The notes: generated by a model from the sequence alone, not told the origin. 64,000 nt of DNA from Bacteroidales bacterium (GCA_017395245.1 JAFPVR010000010.1:65942-129941), one strand, 5' to 3'; counted from the first letter of the stretch, positions 27,264 to 36,277 are shown. Translations and numbers: made by a program.

Positions 27264-27310
27264 CGGTTTGTTATTTTTAGGAATATAGGAATCAATAAAA
27301 TCAACAATCA

Positions 27311-28273
27311 ATGGATAAACTGTTACACATTTCTGGGTCACCCCACGTGCACAGCGGCGAGTCTGTGAAGAAAATCATGTGGTCGGTGGTCCTTTCGTTG
27401 ATGCCGGCGTTGCTGGTGTCGATTTACTATTTCGGGCTGCCCGTCATCATCCTGACGCTCGTGTCGGTGGGCTGCTGTGTGCTCTTCGAGTACCTCATCC
27501 AGCGCTTCATGCTGCATCAGAAGCCGACTATTGACGATGGTTCGGCGGTGGTCACGGGTCTGCTCCTGGCCTTCAACGTGCCCTCAAACCTGCCGGTTTG
27601 GATTATGGTGGTGGGCGCTTTGGTCGCCATCGGCATTGCGAAGATGCCCTTCGGCGGTCTGGGCCACAATCCGTTTAACCCCGCTTTGGTGGCGCGTGTC
27701 ACGTTGCTCATCGCCTTCCCGGTGCAGATGACCACGTGGCCGGTGCCGACTCCGATTTGGGGCTTCGCCGACGCCGTCACTGGTCCGACTACCCTCGGTC
27801 TTATCAAGGAGGGCGGTGACCCGACGCAGATTCCGACCTACGCCAACATGCTGCTCGGTCAGATGGGCGGCAGTTTCGGCGAGGTTTCCGCCATCGCGCT
27901 GCTCATCGGCGCAGGTTTCCTGCTCTGGAAGCGCATTATCACATGGCACATTCCGGTCGCCTTCATGGCCACCGCGTTCGTTGTGGCGGCCATCTTCCAC
28001 ATGGTGAACCCGGAGATTTATGTCAACCCGTTCATTCACCTGCTCGCGGGCGGTCTTATCCTCGGTGCCTGCTTCATGGCCACCGATATGGTGACTTCCC
28101 CGACTTCCCCGTGGGGTATGATCGTGTTCGGCTGCGGCTGCGGTCTGCTCACCATCATTATCCGCCTCTTCGGTGCATACCCCGAGGGTGTCTCCTTCTC
28201 CATCCTGCTGATGAATGCCGTCGTGCCCTTGATCAACAAAGGCTTCAAACCCAAACAGTTCGCCGACCGTTAA
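27311..28273 (+). CDS. rnfD: Rnf electron transport complex subunit D
   Basis: Polytopic membrane protein with an RnfD/NqrB-like sequence (SGSPHVHS N-terminus, GGLGHNPFNPAL). Followed by rnfG-E-A. Confidence 0.88.
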   Translation: MDKLLHISGSPHVHSGESVKKIMWSVVLSLMPALLVSIYYFGLPVIILTLVSVGCCVLFEYLIQRFMLHQKPTIDDGSAVVTGLLLAFNVPSNLPVWIMVVGALVAIGIAKMPFGGLGHNPFNPALVARVTLLIAFPVQMTTWPVPTPIWGFADAVTGPTTLGLIKEGGDPTQIPTYANMLLGQMGGSFGEVSAIALLIGAGFLLWKRIITWHIPVAFMATAFVVAAIFHMVNPEIYVNPFIHLLAGGLILGACFMATDMVTSPTSPWGMIVFGCGCGLLTIIIRLFGAYPEGVSFSILLMNAVVPLINKGFKPKQFADR

Positions 28274-28291
28274 CCCTTAAAATTTCCGATT

Positions 28292-28882
28292 ATGACAGCA
28301 AAGAAAGAAGCATCTATATGGCGGTTGGTGATTGTGCTGACGAGCATTGCACTGATCGCGGGTCTGGCCCTTACTGGGGTCTATGCCCTCACGAAAGATC
28401 CTATTGAGAAGGGTCAGCAGGAGAAGAAAGATAAAGCCCTGCAGGCCGTTTTACCTGAATACCAAGGCACTGTGGTTGACACCGTGATTGTGGACGCCGA
28501 CAATGAGGAGATTCCCGTTCACTTGGCCATCGGCGAGAACGGCGAGCTCTGCGGCGCGGGTATTGAAACGTATACCAAGAAAGCCTTTTCCGGCCGCTTC
28601 GACCTTATGGTCGGTTTCGATGCGGAGGGCACCATCGTGAATACCGAGGTGCTCAAAGCCAATGAAACTCCCGGTTTGGGCGACAATATCAATAAAAACA
28701 AGAGCGACTTCGCCCTGCAGTTCAATCACCAGAATCCGGCTGATTTCCAGTTGGTAGTGAAAAAAGACGGCGGCGATGTTGATGCCATTACGGCGGCTAC
28801 CATCTCGTCGCGGGCTTACTGCGATGCGGTGCAGCGCGCTTATGACATTTTTATGAAAATAAAGGAGGATTATCATGAGTAA
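28292..28882 (+). CDS. rnfG: Rnf complex subunit G (FMN-binding)
   Basis: N-terminal TM helix. ETPGLG and DAITAATISSRA FMN-attachment region. Confidence 0.85.
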   Translation: MTAKKEASIWRLVIVLTSIALIAGLALTGVYALTKDPIEKGQQEKKDKALQAVLPEYQGTVVDTVIVDADNEEIPVHLAIGENGELCGAGIETYTKKAFSGRFDLMVGFDAEGTIVNTEVLKANETPGLGDNINKNKSDFALQFNHQNPADFQLVVKKDGGDVDAITAATISSRAYCDAVQRAYDIFMKIKEDYHE

Positions 28883-29501
28883 CAATTGTAATAACAGCAA
28901 GTTAAGTATATTGACCAAGGGTTTCTTCAAAGAGAACCCGACCTTGATTCTGGTGTTAGGCTGCTGTCCGACGCTGGCCGTCACTACCTCGGTGACCAAT
29001 GCTTTGGGTATGGGCGCGGCCACGACGTTCGTGCTGCTGATGTCCAACATCATCATCTCGGCGCTTAAGAACGTCATCCCCGACAAGGTGCGTATTCCGA
29101 GCTACATCGTCATCATCGCCACGTTCGTGAGTATGATCGATCTGCTCATCCAGGGCTTCCTGCCGTCCTTGTCTGCCAGCTTGGGCGTGTTCATCCCGTT
29201 GATTGTGGTGAACTGTATCGTGCTCGGTCGCGCGGAGGCCTTCGCCAACAAAAACACCGTCTTCGATTCAATGCTTGACGGTCTTGGCATGGGCATCGGC
29301 TTCACCATCGCGTTGACGCTCATTGGTGGTATCCGCGAGATTTTGGGCTCCGGCTCGTTCCTCGGCTACCAATTCATCCCGTCGGAGTACAATATGCTGA
29401 TTTTCGTGCTCGCCCCCGGTGCCTTCATCGTCTTCGGTTTCGTGATGGCCGCTGTGCGCTATTTCGTGAACAAAAGCGAGGAGAAGAAAAAACACAAATA
29501 A
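28875..29501 (+). CDS. rnfE: Rnf complex subunit E
   Basis: KENPTLILVLGCCPTLAVTTSVTNALGMG is typical of RnfE/NqrD. Overlaps rnfG by 8 nt. Confidence 0.9.
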   Translation: MSNNCNNSKLSILTKGFFKENPTLILVLGCCPTLAVTTSVTNALGMGAATTFVLLMSNIIISALKNVIPDKVRIPSYIVIIATFVSMIDLLIQGFLPSLSASLGVFIPLIVVNCIVLGRAEAFANKNTVFDSMLDGLGMGIGFTIALTLIGGIREILGSGSFLGYQFIPSEYNMLIFVLAPGAFIVFGFVMAAVRYFVNKSEEKKKHK

Positions 29502-29609
29502 TGGTTATAGGTTATTGGTTATAGGTTATTGAACAAGGTTGTCGTATTTGCAAACCAATTACCGTTTACCGTTCACCAATCACCAATCACCAATCACAAA
29601 TCACAAAAT
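29502..29609. repeat. two partly complementary heptamer arrays filling the rnfE-rnfA spacer
   Basis: (TGGTTAT/AGGTTAT)x4 at 29502-29531 and (ACCAATT/ACCGTTT/ACCAATC/ACAAATC)x8 at 29554-29609. Confidence 0.9.
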
Positions 29610-29619
29610 AAACAGAACA

Positions 29620-30210
29620 ATGGAATATATCTTAATGATAATCGGAGCTGTCCTGGTTAACAACATCATCCTGGTGCAGTTCCTCGGTATATGCCCGTTT
29701 TTGGGCGTATCCAGCAAGGTGAACACCGCTCTCGGCATGGGTGCGGCCGTCACCTTCGTCATGGCGTTGGCCACCTTGGTGACCTCGCTGCTCCAGAAGT
29801 ACGTCCTTGTGCCGCTGGAAATCACCTATTTGCAGACCATCGTCTTCATCTTGGTCATCGCCAGTTTGGTGCAGATGGTGGAGATTATGCTCAAGAAGGT
29901 GAGTCCGTCTCTTTACCGTGCTTTGGGCGTTTTCCTTCCGCTGATCACGACCAACTGTGCTGTCCTCGGTGTCGCCATCAACGTCACCCAGCAGACCATT
30001 ATCCCCGGTCACGGTTTCTCGGTGATTGACAACACGCTGTATGCCGTTGCCATCGCCATCGGTTTCACCCTTGCCATCACGATTTTCGCCGGTTTGCGTG
30101 AGCAACTGGAACTGGTGGAGATTCCCAAGGGTATGAAGGGTGTGCCGATTGCGCTCATCACCGCCGGCATTCTCGCCATGGCGTTCATGGGGTTCCAGAA
30201 TTTAGTGTAA
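29620..30210 (+). CDS. rnfA: Rnf complex subunit A
   Basis: MEYILMIIGAVLVNNIILVQFLGICPFLGVS is typical of RnfA/NqrE. The listed 5' extension is read-through of the heptamer array. Confidence 0.9.
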   Translation: MEYILMIIGAVLVNNIILVQFLGICPFLGVSSKVNTALGMGAAVTFVMALATLVTSLLQKYVLVPLEITYLQTIVFILVIASLVQMVEIMLKKVSPSLYRALGVFLPLITTNCAVLGVAINVTQQTIIPGHGFSVIDNTLYAVAIAIGFTLAITIFAGLREQLELVEIPKGMKGVPIALITAGILAMAFMGFQNLV

Positions 30211-30212
30211 AA

Positions 30213-30240
30213 GGTTATTGGTTATTGGTTATTGGTTATT
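30213..30240. repeat. heptamer microsatellite (GGTTATT)x4
   Basis: Begins 2 nt after the rnfA stop codon. Confidence 0.9.
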
Positions 30241-30243
30241 GAG

Positions 30244-30271
30244 GTAGGGGCGCAGTGCAATGCGTCTCTAC
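30244..30271. repeat. REP-like palindrome (GTAGGGGCGCA / TGCGTCTCTAC, G-U tolerant)
   Basis: Imperfect at DNA level. An 11-bp stem is possible in RNA. Same family as 13574 and 30312. Confidence 0.6.
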
Positions 30272-30287
30272 GATAAACCCGAATATA

Positions 30288-31508
30288 ACAATGGAAGAGA
30301 CAAATCCCTCTGTAGAGACGTGCCATGACGCGTCTCTACAATCTGATACCGCATCCCAACAATCCTCCCAAAAGGTTCGCAAAAAGCGTTCCTTGTGGAA
30401 ATCGTGGAAACGGCTGAAAGGCCGTAGCAAGGCGTATATAATTGTTCTACACCTTTTTGCGTTTGTTGGCGCGGGTATTCTCGGCGCCTGGGCGTTTTAT
30501 GAGCTGGGGTTTACCAACAACAAGGGCAGTGAGGACAAGAACAACCGTTACCTCTCTGGCAGTCAGCAATATGCGGCCACAAAAGACAGCGTCAACAGTC
30601 AGGAGAAGACGTTGAAGGGGTATCGCGACTTGTCTGTTCTGCGGCAGTTTTATCCCAAGAATGCCGACCTGATATTCAACGCCGCGCAGTTCAGCGACCG
30701 TCCCACGGCGGTGCAGGAGATGATTTACGCCGCCAATATGTACATGCAGGACGATGAGCATGCCACCGCCTACCGCAAGATGTCTGACGATGTAGATAAT
30801 ATCCTTAAATCCAATAGGATGCAGCCCTTTGAGGGCAATGTCATCCCGTGGATGAATGACTCTGCATGGCCTGCGTTGAAGGCTGCCGTCATCAAGGATA
30901 CGGCTGTGATTTACGAGGCTGCGCGTCTCACGGGCGTGGAACCGCGTCTCATCGTAGGTTGTCTTATTGGGGAACAAGTGCGCCTTTTCAACAGCAAGCG
31001 CGAGATGTACAAGCAGTATCTCGGTCCGATGAAGGTGCTCTCCGTGCAGTCGCAGTTCTCGCTCGGTGTCAACGGCATTAAGGATTTCACCGCCATGCAG
31101 GTGGAGAGAAACCTCACCAACGATACCTCTATTTTCTACATGGGCAAGCAATACGAACATATCTTGGACTTCCAGACTGCCGACCACCAGAGCGAACGAT
31201 TCAACCGACTGACAAACTACCATAACCACCTGTATTCCTATATCTACACTGGCTGTATTTTGCACCAGACCATGTTGCAGTGGAAGCGTTCCGGCTACGA
31301 TATTGTGAACCGTCCCGACATTCTCTTCACCCTTTTCAATTTGGGATTCCAAGCCTCCAAGCCGGGTCCGGATCCGAAGTGCGGCGGTTCGCACATTACC
31401 GTCCATGATGAGGTGTACACGTTCGGGGTGATTTGCAACGACTTCTATTTCTCCGGCGAGTTGGCCGAACAGTTCCCCATGAAGGCGAAACGCTTTGCCG
31501 ATGAGTAA
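30288..31508 (+). CDS. hypothetical membrane-anchored protein (start uncertain)
   Basis: One TM helix (AYIIVLHLFAFVGAGILGAWAF) and a ~330-aa soluble part. The only ATGs upstream of the TM overlap the REP hairpins. Confidence 0.5.
   Translation, partial: TMEETNPSVETCHDASLQSDTASQQSSQKVRKKRSLWKSWKRLKGRSKAYIIVLHLFAFVGAGILGAWAFYELGFTNNKGSEDKNNRYLSGSQQYAATKDSVNSQEKTLKGYRDLSVLRQFYPKNADLIFNAAQFSDRPTAVQEMIYAANMYMQDDEHATAYRKMSDDVDNILKSNRMQPFEGNVIPWMNDSAWPALKAAVIKDTAVIYEAARLTGVEPRLIVGCLIGEQVRLFNSKREMYKQYLGPMKVLSVQSQFSLGVNGIKDFTAMQVERNLTNDTSIFYMGKQYEHILDFQTADHQSERFNRLTNYHNHLYSYIYTGCILHQTMLQWKRSGYDIVNRPDILFTLFNLGFQASKPGPDPKCGGSHITVHDEVYTFGVICNDFYFSGELAEQFPMKAKRFADE
30312..30339. repeat. REP-like palindrome GTAGAGACG-N10-CGTCTCTAC
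   Basis: Perfect 9-bp arms. Lies inside the 5' end of the listed ORF 30255..31508. Confidence 0.7.
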
Positions 31509-33360
31509 GATAGAGCTCTTGCTTCCTGCCAAAGATTTAAACGGCGGCAAGACAGCCGTCAACCACGGTGCGGATGCCGTTTATACGGGTGCACCCGCTT
31601 TCGGGGCGCGGCAGGCGGCCGGCAACTCCCTGCAAGACATTGAAGAATTGGTGCGGTACGCCCATCTCTACGGTTCCAAAGTCCACGTTACAGTCAATAC
31701 CTTGCTGTATGACAACGAGTTGGAGACGGCTCGGAAGCTAATTTGGGAGCTCTACAACATTGGCGTGGATGCTGTTTTAGTACAAGATTTGGGTCTGCTG
31801 AAACTGGACCTGCCGCCCATCGCCCTGCATGCGAGCACACAATGCCACAACCGCAATTTGGAGCGTATCCAATTTTTGGAAAAACTTGGCTTCACGCGGG
31901 CAGTGCTTGCACGTGAAACCGATTTGACGACTGTTCAACAGATTCATAGTCAGACGAATATTGAGTTGGAGGCTTTCGTGCATGGCGCGTTGTGCGTCTG
32001 TTACAGCGGCCAGTGCTACATCAGCCGGATGATGACGGGAAGAAGTGGCAATAGGGGAGAATGCGCCCAAATCTGCCGTACACGTTTCGACCTGCAGGAT
32101 GCCAACGGTAAAACGCTGATACACAACAAACATCTGCTCTCGTTGAAGGATATGTGCCGCGCCGACTATCTGGAAGAGATGCTGGCGGCGGGCATTGTCT
32201 CCTTCAAGGTTGAAGGACGGCTCAAGAATGAAAGCTATGTCAAGAACGTGACCTCCTTCTATCGGCAGCGGTTGGATGCCATCTTAGGCGGAAATCCTGA
32301 ATACCAGCGCGTTGGCAGCGGTATCACCCGCTTCTTTTTCACCCCCGACCTGCGCAAGACCTTTAATCGCGAGTATACCCCGTATTTTATTGACGGTCAG
32401 CGCGAAACGATGGCCTCTTTCGACACACCGAAAGCGATTGGGGAGCCTATCGGTACCCTGAAACAAATTAACGGCAAATATTACGTTGATCCCCAATATT
32501 TAAAAACCATTTCCTTAAGCAGCCCCGATAGGGGCAAGGAGCTTGGTAGCGCAATTTCCAACGGCGATGGCTTGTGTTTCATCAATGAAAATGGTGAATT
32601 AGAGGGCTTTTTGGTCAATGGCGTGGAAGGCAACCGCATCATCCCGCAGAAGCCGTTGTCTGCATTCTCAAGTGTCAAATTATACCGCAATATCGACAAG
32701 AATTTTGAGAAAATATTATCGGGAAAAACCGCCGAAAGGAAAGTTTCCGTGGATATTCTTTTTGAAGAATTAACTGATGGTGTGCGAATAACATTCACGG
32801 ATGAGGACGGATGTGAGATTTCGGTAATGGAAAATATCGAGCTGACTGCCGCCCAGCAGCCGGAGAAGATGGCAGAGACCTTGCGCACCGCATTGTCGAA
32901 ATTGGGCGGCACGCCATTTGAGGCAAGAACCATCACGATTCCGAAATGCACGGCCTTCTTGCGGGCAGGATTCATCAACGAGTTGAAGAACAGAGTAGTG
33001 GAGTTGTTGACGGCCGAACGCATACGGCACTTCCGCCCGCAGGACGTGACGCGCTCCTACATGCCCGAGCCGCTCTTCCAAAAGGCTGACTATCTGCGGA
33101 ATATCACCAACGAGATGCACAAGGCCGTCTATGCCGACTTCGGCGCTACGGAGTTTGAATACGGGTTGGATAAGACGGAGGATTATTCAGGCAAGGCTGT
33201 GATGACCTGCAAGTATTGTCTGCGCCATGAGTTGGGCTGGTGCCGCAAAGGCCCCGATGCCGCGAAAGCCCCCAAAGACCCGCTGTTTCTCGTATCGGGC
33301 AAGCGCCGCTTCCGTTTGGAGTTCGACTGCGGCCAATGTGTAATGAAGGTGATGGGATGA
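31501..33360 (+). CDS. U32-family peptidase-like protein (PrtC/RlhA/TrhP family)
   Basis: U32 signature EAFVHGALCVCYSGQCYIS. Overlaps the upstream ORF by 8 nt. The listed start is a TTG; the ATG at 31501 was used. Confidence 0.85.
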   Translation: MSKIELLLPAKDLNGGKTAVNHGADAVYTGAPAFGARQAAGNSLQDIEELVRYAHLYGSKVHVTVNTLLYDNELETARKLIWELYNIGVDAVLVQDLGLLKLDLPPIALHASTQCHNRNLERIQFLEKLGFTRAVLARETDLTTVQQIHSQTNIELEAFVHGALCVCYSGQCYISRMMTGRSGNRGECAQICRTRFDLQDANGKTLIHNKHLLSLKDMCRADYLEEMLAAGIVSFKVEGRLKNESYVKNVTSFYRQRLDAILGGNPEYQRVGSGITRFFFTPDLRKTFNREYTPYFIDGQRETMASFDTPKAIGEPIGTLKQINGKYYVDPQYLKTISLSSPDRGKELGSAISNGDGLCFINENGELEGFLVNGVEGNRIIPQKPLSAFSSVKLYRNIDKNFEKILSGKTAERKVSVDILFEELTDGVRITFTDEDGCEISVMENIELTAAQQPEKMAETLRTALSKLGGTPFEARTITIPKCTAFLRAGFINELKNRVVELLTAERIRHFRPQDVTRSYMPEPLFQKADYLRNITNEMHKAVYADFGATEFEYGLDKTEDYSGKAVMTCKYCLRHELGWCRKGPDAAKAPKDPLFLVSGKRRFRLEFDCGQCVMKVMG

Positions 33361-33372
33361 GGTTTTTGGTTG

Positions 33373-33470
33373 CTTGAAGACTTGAGACCTAAGACTTGAG
33401 ACCTAAGACTTGAGACTTAAGACTTGAGACTTGAAACTTGAAACCTGAAACCTGAAACCTGAAACCAGAA
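33373..33470. repeat. heptamer microsatellite (ACTTGAG/ACCTAAG/ACCTGAA, 14 units)
   Basis: Fills most of the spacer between the convergent U32 and DUF45 genes. Same sequence family as 24272-24344. Confidence 0.9.
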
Positions 33471-33482
33471 TAAGTTTTCCCG

Positions 33483-34049
33483 TTAATCGTCGTCCTCCTC
33501 CTCCATCCTGCATATCTTTCTTGTTTCCTTCCTCGCCTCTTTCCAGCGCGGGAAATACTTGTCCATCAGTTTGTGGAAGCGGTTGTTGTGGCTGGGTTCG
33601 AGGAGGTGGCAGAGTTCGTGCACGACGATGTGCTCCACGCACCATTCCGGTAGCAGCAGTACGTAGGCGGAGAAGCAGATGGTGCGGTCCTTCACGTTGC
33701 ATACGCCCCAGCGTGAAATCATCGGTTTGTAGTAGATATAGCGGGGTTTTACGCCCATGATTTCCGAATGTCGCTCCACCAAGGGCTCCACCAGCTTCTT
33801 TAGTCGCTGCAGTGCCTCGTTGGCTTCCGCTCGCGTCGTCAGGGGCAGCCGGTTGTAGAATTCGGCCCGCTGTTTCTGCCGCTCGTACGTCTTCTTGCGG
33901 GCCTCGGCAATCCAGTCGCGGTGCTGCTCGATGAAGGCTTCCACGTCCTTTTTCGGCACCCCGATGGGCACTGACACGTGCACATCGCCGTTCTTCACGA
34001 TGCGCATTGACATCCGGCTGGTTTTGCGGTATGTGATTTCGATGGTCAT
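33483..34049 (-). CDS. YgjP/DUF45-family (M48-like) zinc metallohydrolase
   Basis: WGVCN...ICFS and VVHELCHLLEPSH (HExxH). Start moved to MTIEITYRK; the upstream extension is read-through of a repeat element. Confidence 0.8.
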   Translation of the reverse strand: MTIEITYRKTSRMSMRIVKNGDVHVSVPIGVPKKDVEAFIEQHRDWIAEARKKTYERQKQRAEFYNRLPLTTRAEANEALQRLKKLVEPLVERHSEIMGVKPRYIYYKPMISRWGVCNVKDRTICFSAYVLLLPEWCVEHIVVHELCHLLEPSHNNRFHKLMDKYFPRWKEARKETRKICRMEEEDDD

Positions 34050-34058
34050 TTTCGTTGT

Positions 34059-34138
34059 TTTATCTCCGCGTTTTTTATCTTCGCGTATCGCGCGTATCTG
34101 CACGTATAATTCTGCGTAAATCTGTGAGTTTTGCGGGA
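34059..34138. repeat. composite intergenic element, copy A (2 subrepeats)
   Basis: TTTTATCTCCGCG TTTTTTATCTTCGCGTATCGCGCG TATCTGCACGTATAATTCTGCGTAAATCTGTGAGTTTTGCGGGA, between the vsr stop and the DUF45 start. Confidence 0.85.
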
Positions 34139-34149
34139 AATGATTCTTT

Positions 34150-34704
34150 TTAGTCGTTGTATCCTTCCGGCTCTTCCGCAGCCATCGGCAACGGCTCCTC
34201 CTCAATATGAATGTACGATTTCGATCGATGGTTGAAGGTGGCGAGGTAGTAGTCATGCAGTTGGATTTCCACTTGTAACATCGTCTTTTCCAGCTTTTTG
34301 GATTTTAGTTGGCACTCCCAAAGCACAATCACCTGCCACCCATTTTCAGAAAGAATCTCATAGTTTTTCTGATCCCTCTCCTGATTTCGCCGTATTTTAG
34401 CCACCCAGAAATCCCGATTCGTCTTCGGTATCTTACAGCATTTCGAATCCTCAACTGTACATTGTTCATTGTACATTGTACATTGAACGTCGTGGCCGTG
34501 CCAAAAACATCCGTTCACGAAAATCGCCGTCCTATACTTCCGCATCACGATGTCGGGTTTTCCCGGCACGCCCTTCACGCAAAGCCGGTAGCGGTATCCG
34601 TGTTGCCACAGCCACTGCCGCACGCGCTTCTCGGGCGTGGTGTCCTTACTGCGTATCCGCGACATGCAGTAGTGGCGTTGCTGGGGAGTCATCGTGTCGG
34701 TCAT
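34150..34704 (-). CDS. vsr: very-short-patch-repair (Vsr-type) endonuclease
   Basis: RSKDTTPEKRVR, GKPDIV and FVNGCFWHGH...PKTNRDFW...N.ERD. Contains an in-frame heptamer tract. Confidence 0.82.
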   Translation of the reverse strand: MTDTMTPQQRHYCMSRIRSKDTTPEKRVRQWLWQHGYRYRLCVKGVPGKPDIVMRKYRTAIFVNGCFWHGHDVQCTMYNEQCTVEDSKCCKIPKTNRDFWVAKIRRNQERDQKNYEILSENGWQVIVLWECQLKSKKLEKTMLQVEIQLHDYYLATFNHRSKSYIHIEEEPLPMAAEEPEGYND

Positions 34705-34712
34705 GATGGAGA

Positions 34713-36209
34713 CTATTGATGGTTCGCAAACATATAGTCCACCACAAATTGCGCATTGTTTTGCAATAGTTCGCGTCCGTGTTCATAGCCTTTGTTACTG
34801 TTTATTGCGGCATCGGGAAGATAACCCAAAGACATTAGTTCGCACACGGCAGAATAGTCAATAGCTTTGTCTGAAAGCATCAGTTCGTGAGCGTGCAGTT
34901 TTGCATATCCGTGATCGTAATAGGGGTTGTTTGGAGCTTTTATAGCAGGAATAGCATAGCTTATAATAAGGTAGCCTTCGTCTGGTGAGCTCATTATGGC
35001 CACCAAACCGTCTTTAGCGTTTTCGTCAATTATTGTCTTCAACTGTTCTTTGAAATCTTTCGGTAGAACGATTGTACCATTTTGGCTATAGAAGTTCACT
35101 AAATCTCTTTTTCCTTTCAAAAAAACAATGGGCTCGCCATGGCTGGCTTTGAAGAATAATTCTATGTTTTCCTTTGCGAGAGAGTTGAGATAGCTCTCTT
35201 TCTTTTGCTTTTCAAGCATTTTTTTCATTTGAGTTTCGCTAGGATCCGTTACCATAGTGCCGCATTGGTAATACTTATCATTGAACCGGATAAGTCCACA
35301 ACTTACATTCATTCCTTTGCGGCAAGCGTATTTTCTGAGCCAATTTTCATTAAAAGAGTCATCTTCAACCATGAAAATGTTTCCATCCTCTTTGTCAATC
35401 AGTTGTAACGTTGTTCCTGTTAGATCGCCAAGAGTGTATACACGGTTTTTCAATCGTTGAGTATCTAAAGTAAAGTTTTTACCGGTGGCAGCGGCGAGCC
35501 ATTCGCCAGCGGTCAATGATAATAGATTGTGACGGTCGGTAAAGGCATGAATAATCATGGTTGCATAGCTGAAAATGTTGAACTGATCTTCGTTCTCTAT
35601 TTTTTCATTTTCTTCCAACGCGTAAAGGGAGTTTAAAAGCAGCATTTCACTATGGAATGAGAAATACCCTCTGTGAGCAATATATTCGATGACTTTGCGA
35701 GTCTTCCAATAATCGATTCCGATGGCAGGATCTGCAAAATAGGTCTTTAATTCCTCAGTTACTGGAGCATATTCATATTCTTGGTAAAAGATGTCATAGA
35801 TTTTGTATGAGACTATTTCGATACCAGGGTTTTCAGGGTTGATAAACCGGCCTTCGTTCAGCGTTTGGATGAAATCCCAAAGAAGCAGTTGAATGTCTTG
35901 CGGGTTGGGTTCGCCGGGATAATATTCCGAGGTATCATAAAACGGCAGTGTTTTTCCGTAGCGTTGCCGACAGGTCGCATTGACAACGCTCCAAAAGCCA
36001 AACTCTGAGCAGAGGTCCTCGAACCATCCGGTCAGACGTATGGCCATAGTCCGGATGGCATTTTTTTCGGGTAACACGTTCTCAATGCCGGACTTGTCGA
36101 GCACTTCTAGCACCTTGTTAGCCAGCCCAGCATAGTAAAAATCGGTTTTCGAAGCCATCGCTTCGGGATGGATTTCTTTCCATTCGATGGGGAAGATTTT
36201 TTTCATCAT
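34713..36209 (-). CDS. hypothetical protein (498 aa; possibly DUF3843-like)
   Basis: Long ORF with good coding character, 8 nt upstream of vsr. The N-terminus KIFPIEWKEIHP...TDFYYAGLANKV recalls DUF3843 proteins, from memory only. Confidence 0.55.
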   Translation of the reverse strand: MMKKIFPIEWKEIHPEAMASKTDFYYAGLANKVLEVLDKSGIENVLPEKNAIRTMAIRLTGWFEDLCSEFGFWSVVNATCRQRYGKTLPFYDTSEYYPGEPNPQDIQLLLWDFIQTLNEGRFINPENPGIEIVSYKIYDIFYQEYEYAPVTEELKTYFADPAIGIDYWKTRKVIEYIAHRGYFSFHSEMLLLNSLYALEENEKIENEDQFNIFSYATMIIHAFTDRHNLLSLTAGEWLAAATGKNFTLDTQRLKNRVYTLGDLTGTTLQLIDKEDGNIFMVEDDSFNENWLRKYACRKGMNVSCGLIRFNDKYYQCGTMVTDPSETQMKKMLEKQKKESYLNSLAKENIELFFKASHGEPIVFLKGKRDLVNFYSQNGTIVLPKDFKEQLKTIIDENAKDGLVAIMSSPDEGYLIISYAIPAIKAPNNPYYDHGYAKLHAHELMLSDKAIDYSAVCELMSLGYLPDAAINSNKGYEHGRELLQNNAQFVVDYMFANHQ

Positions 36210-36277
36210 TATCTTGTTGGTTTCTAATTACAAGGACAGCAAACACACAAAAAGGTGTATTTTCATGCGGTCAAGGG

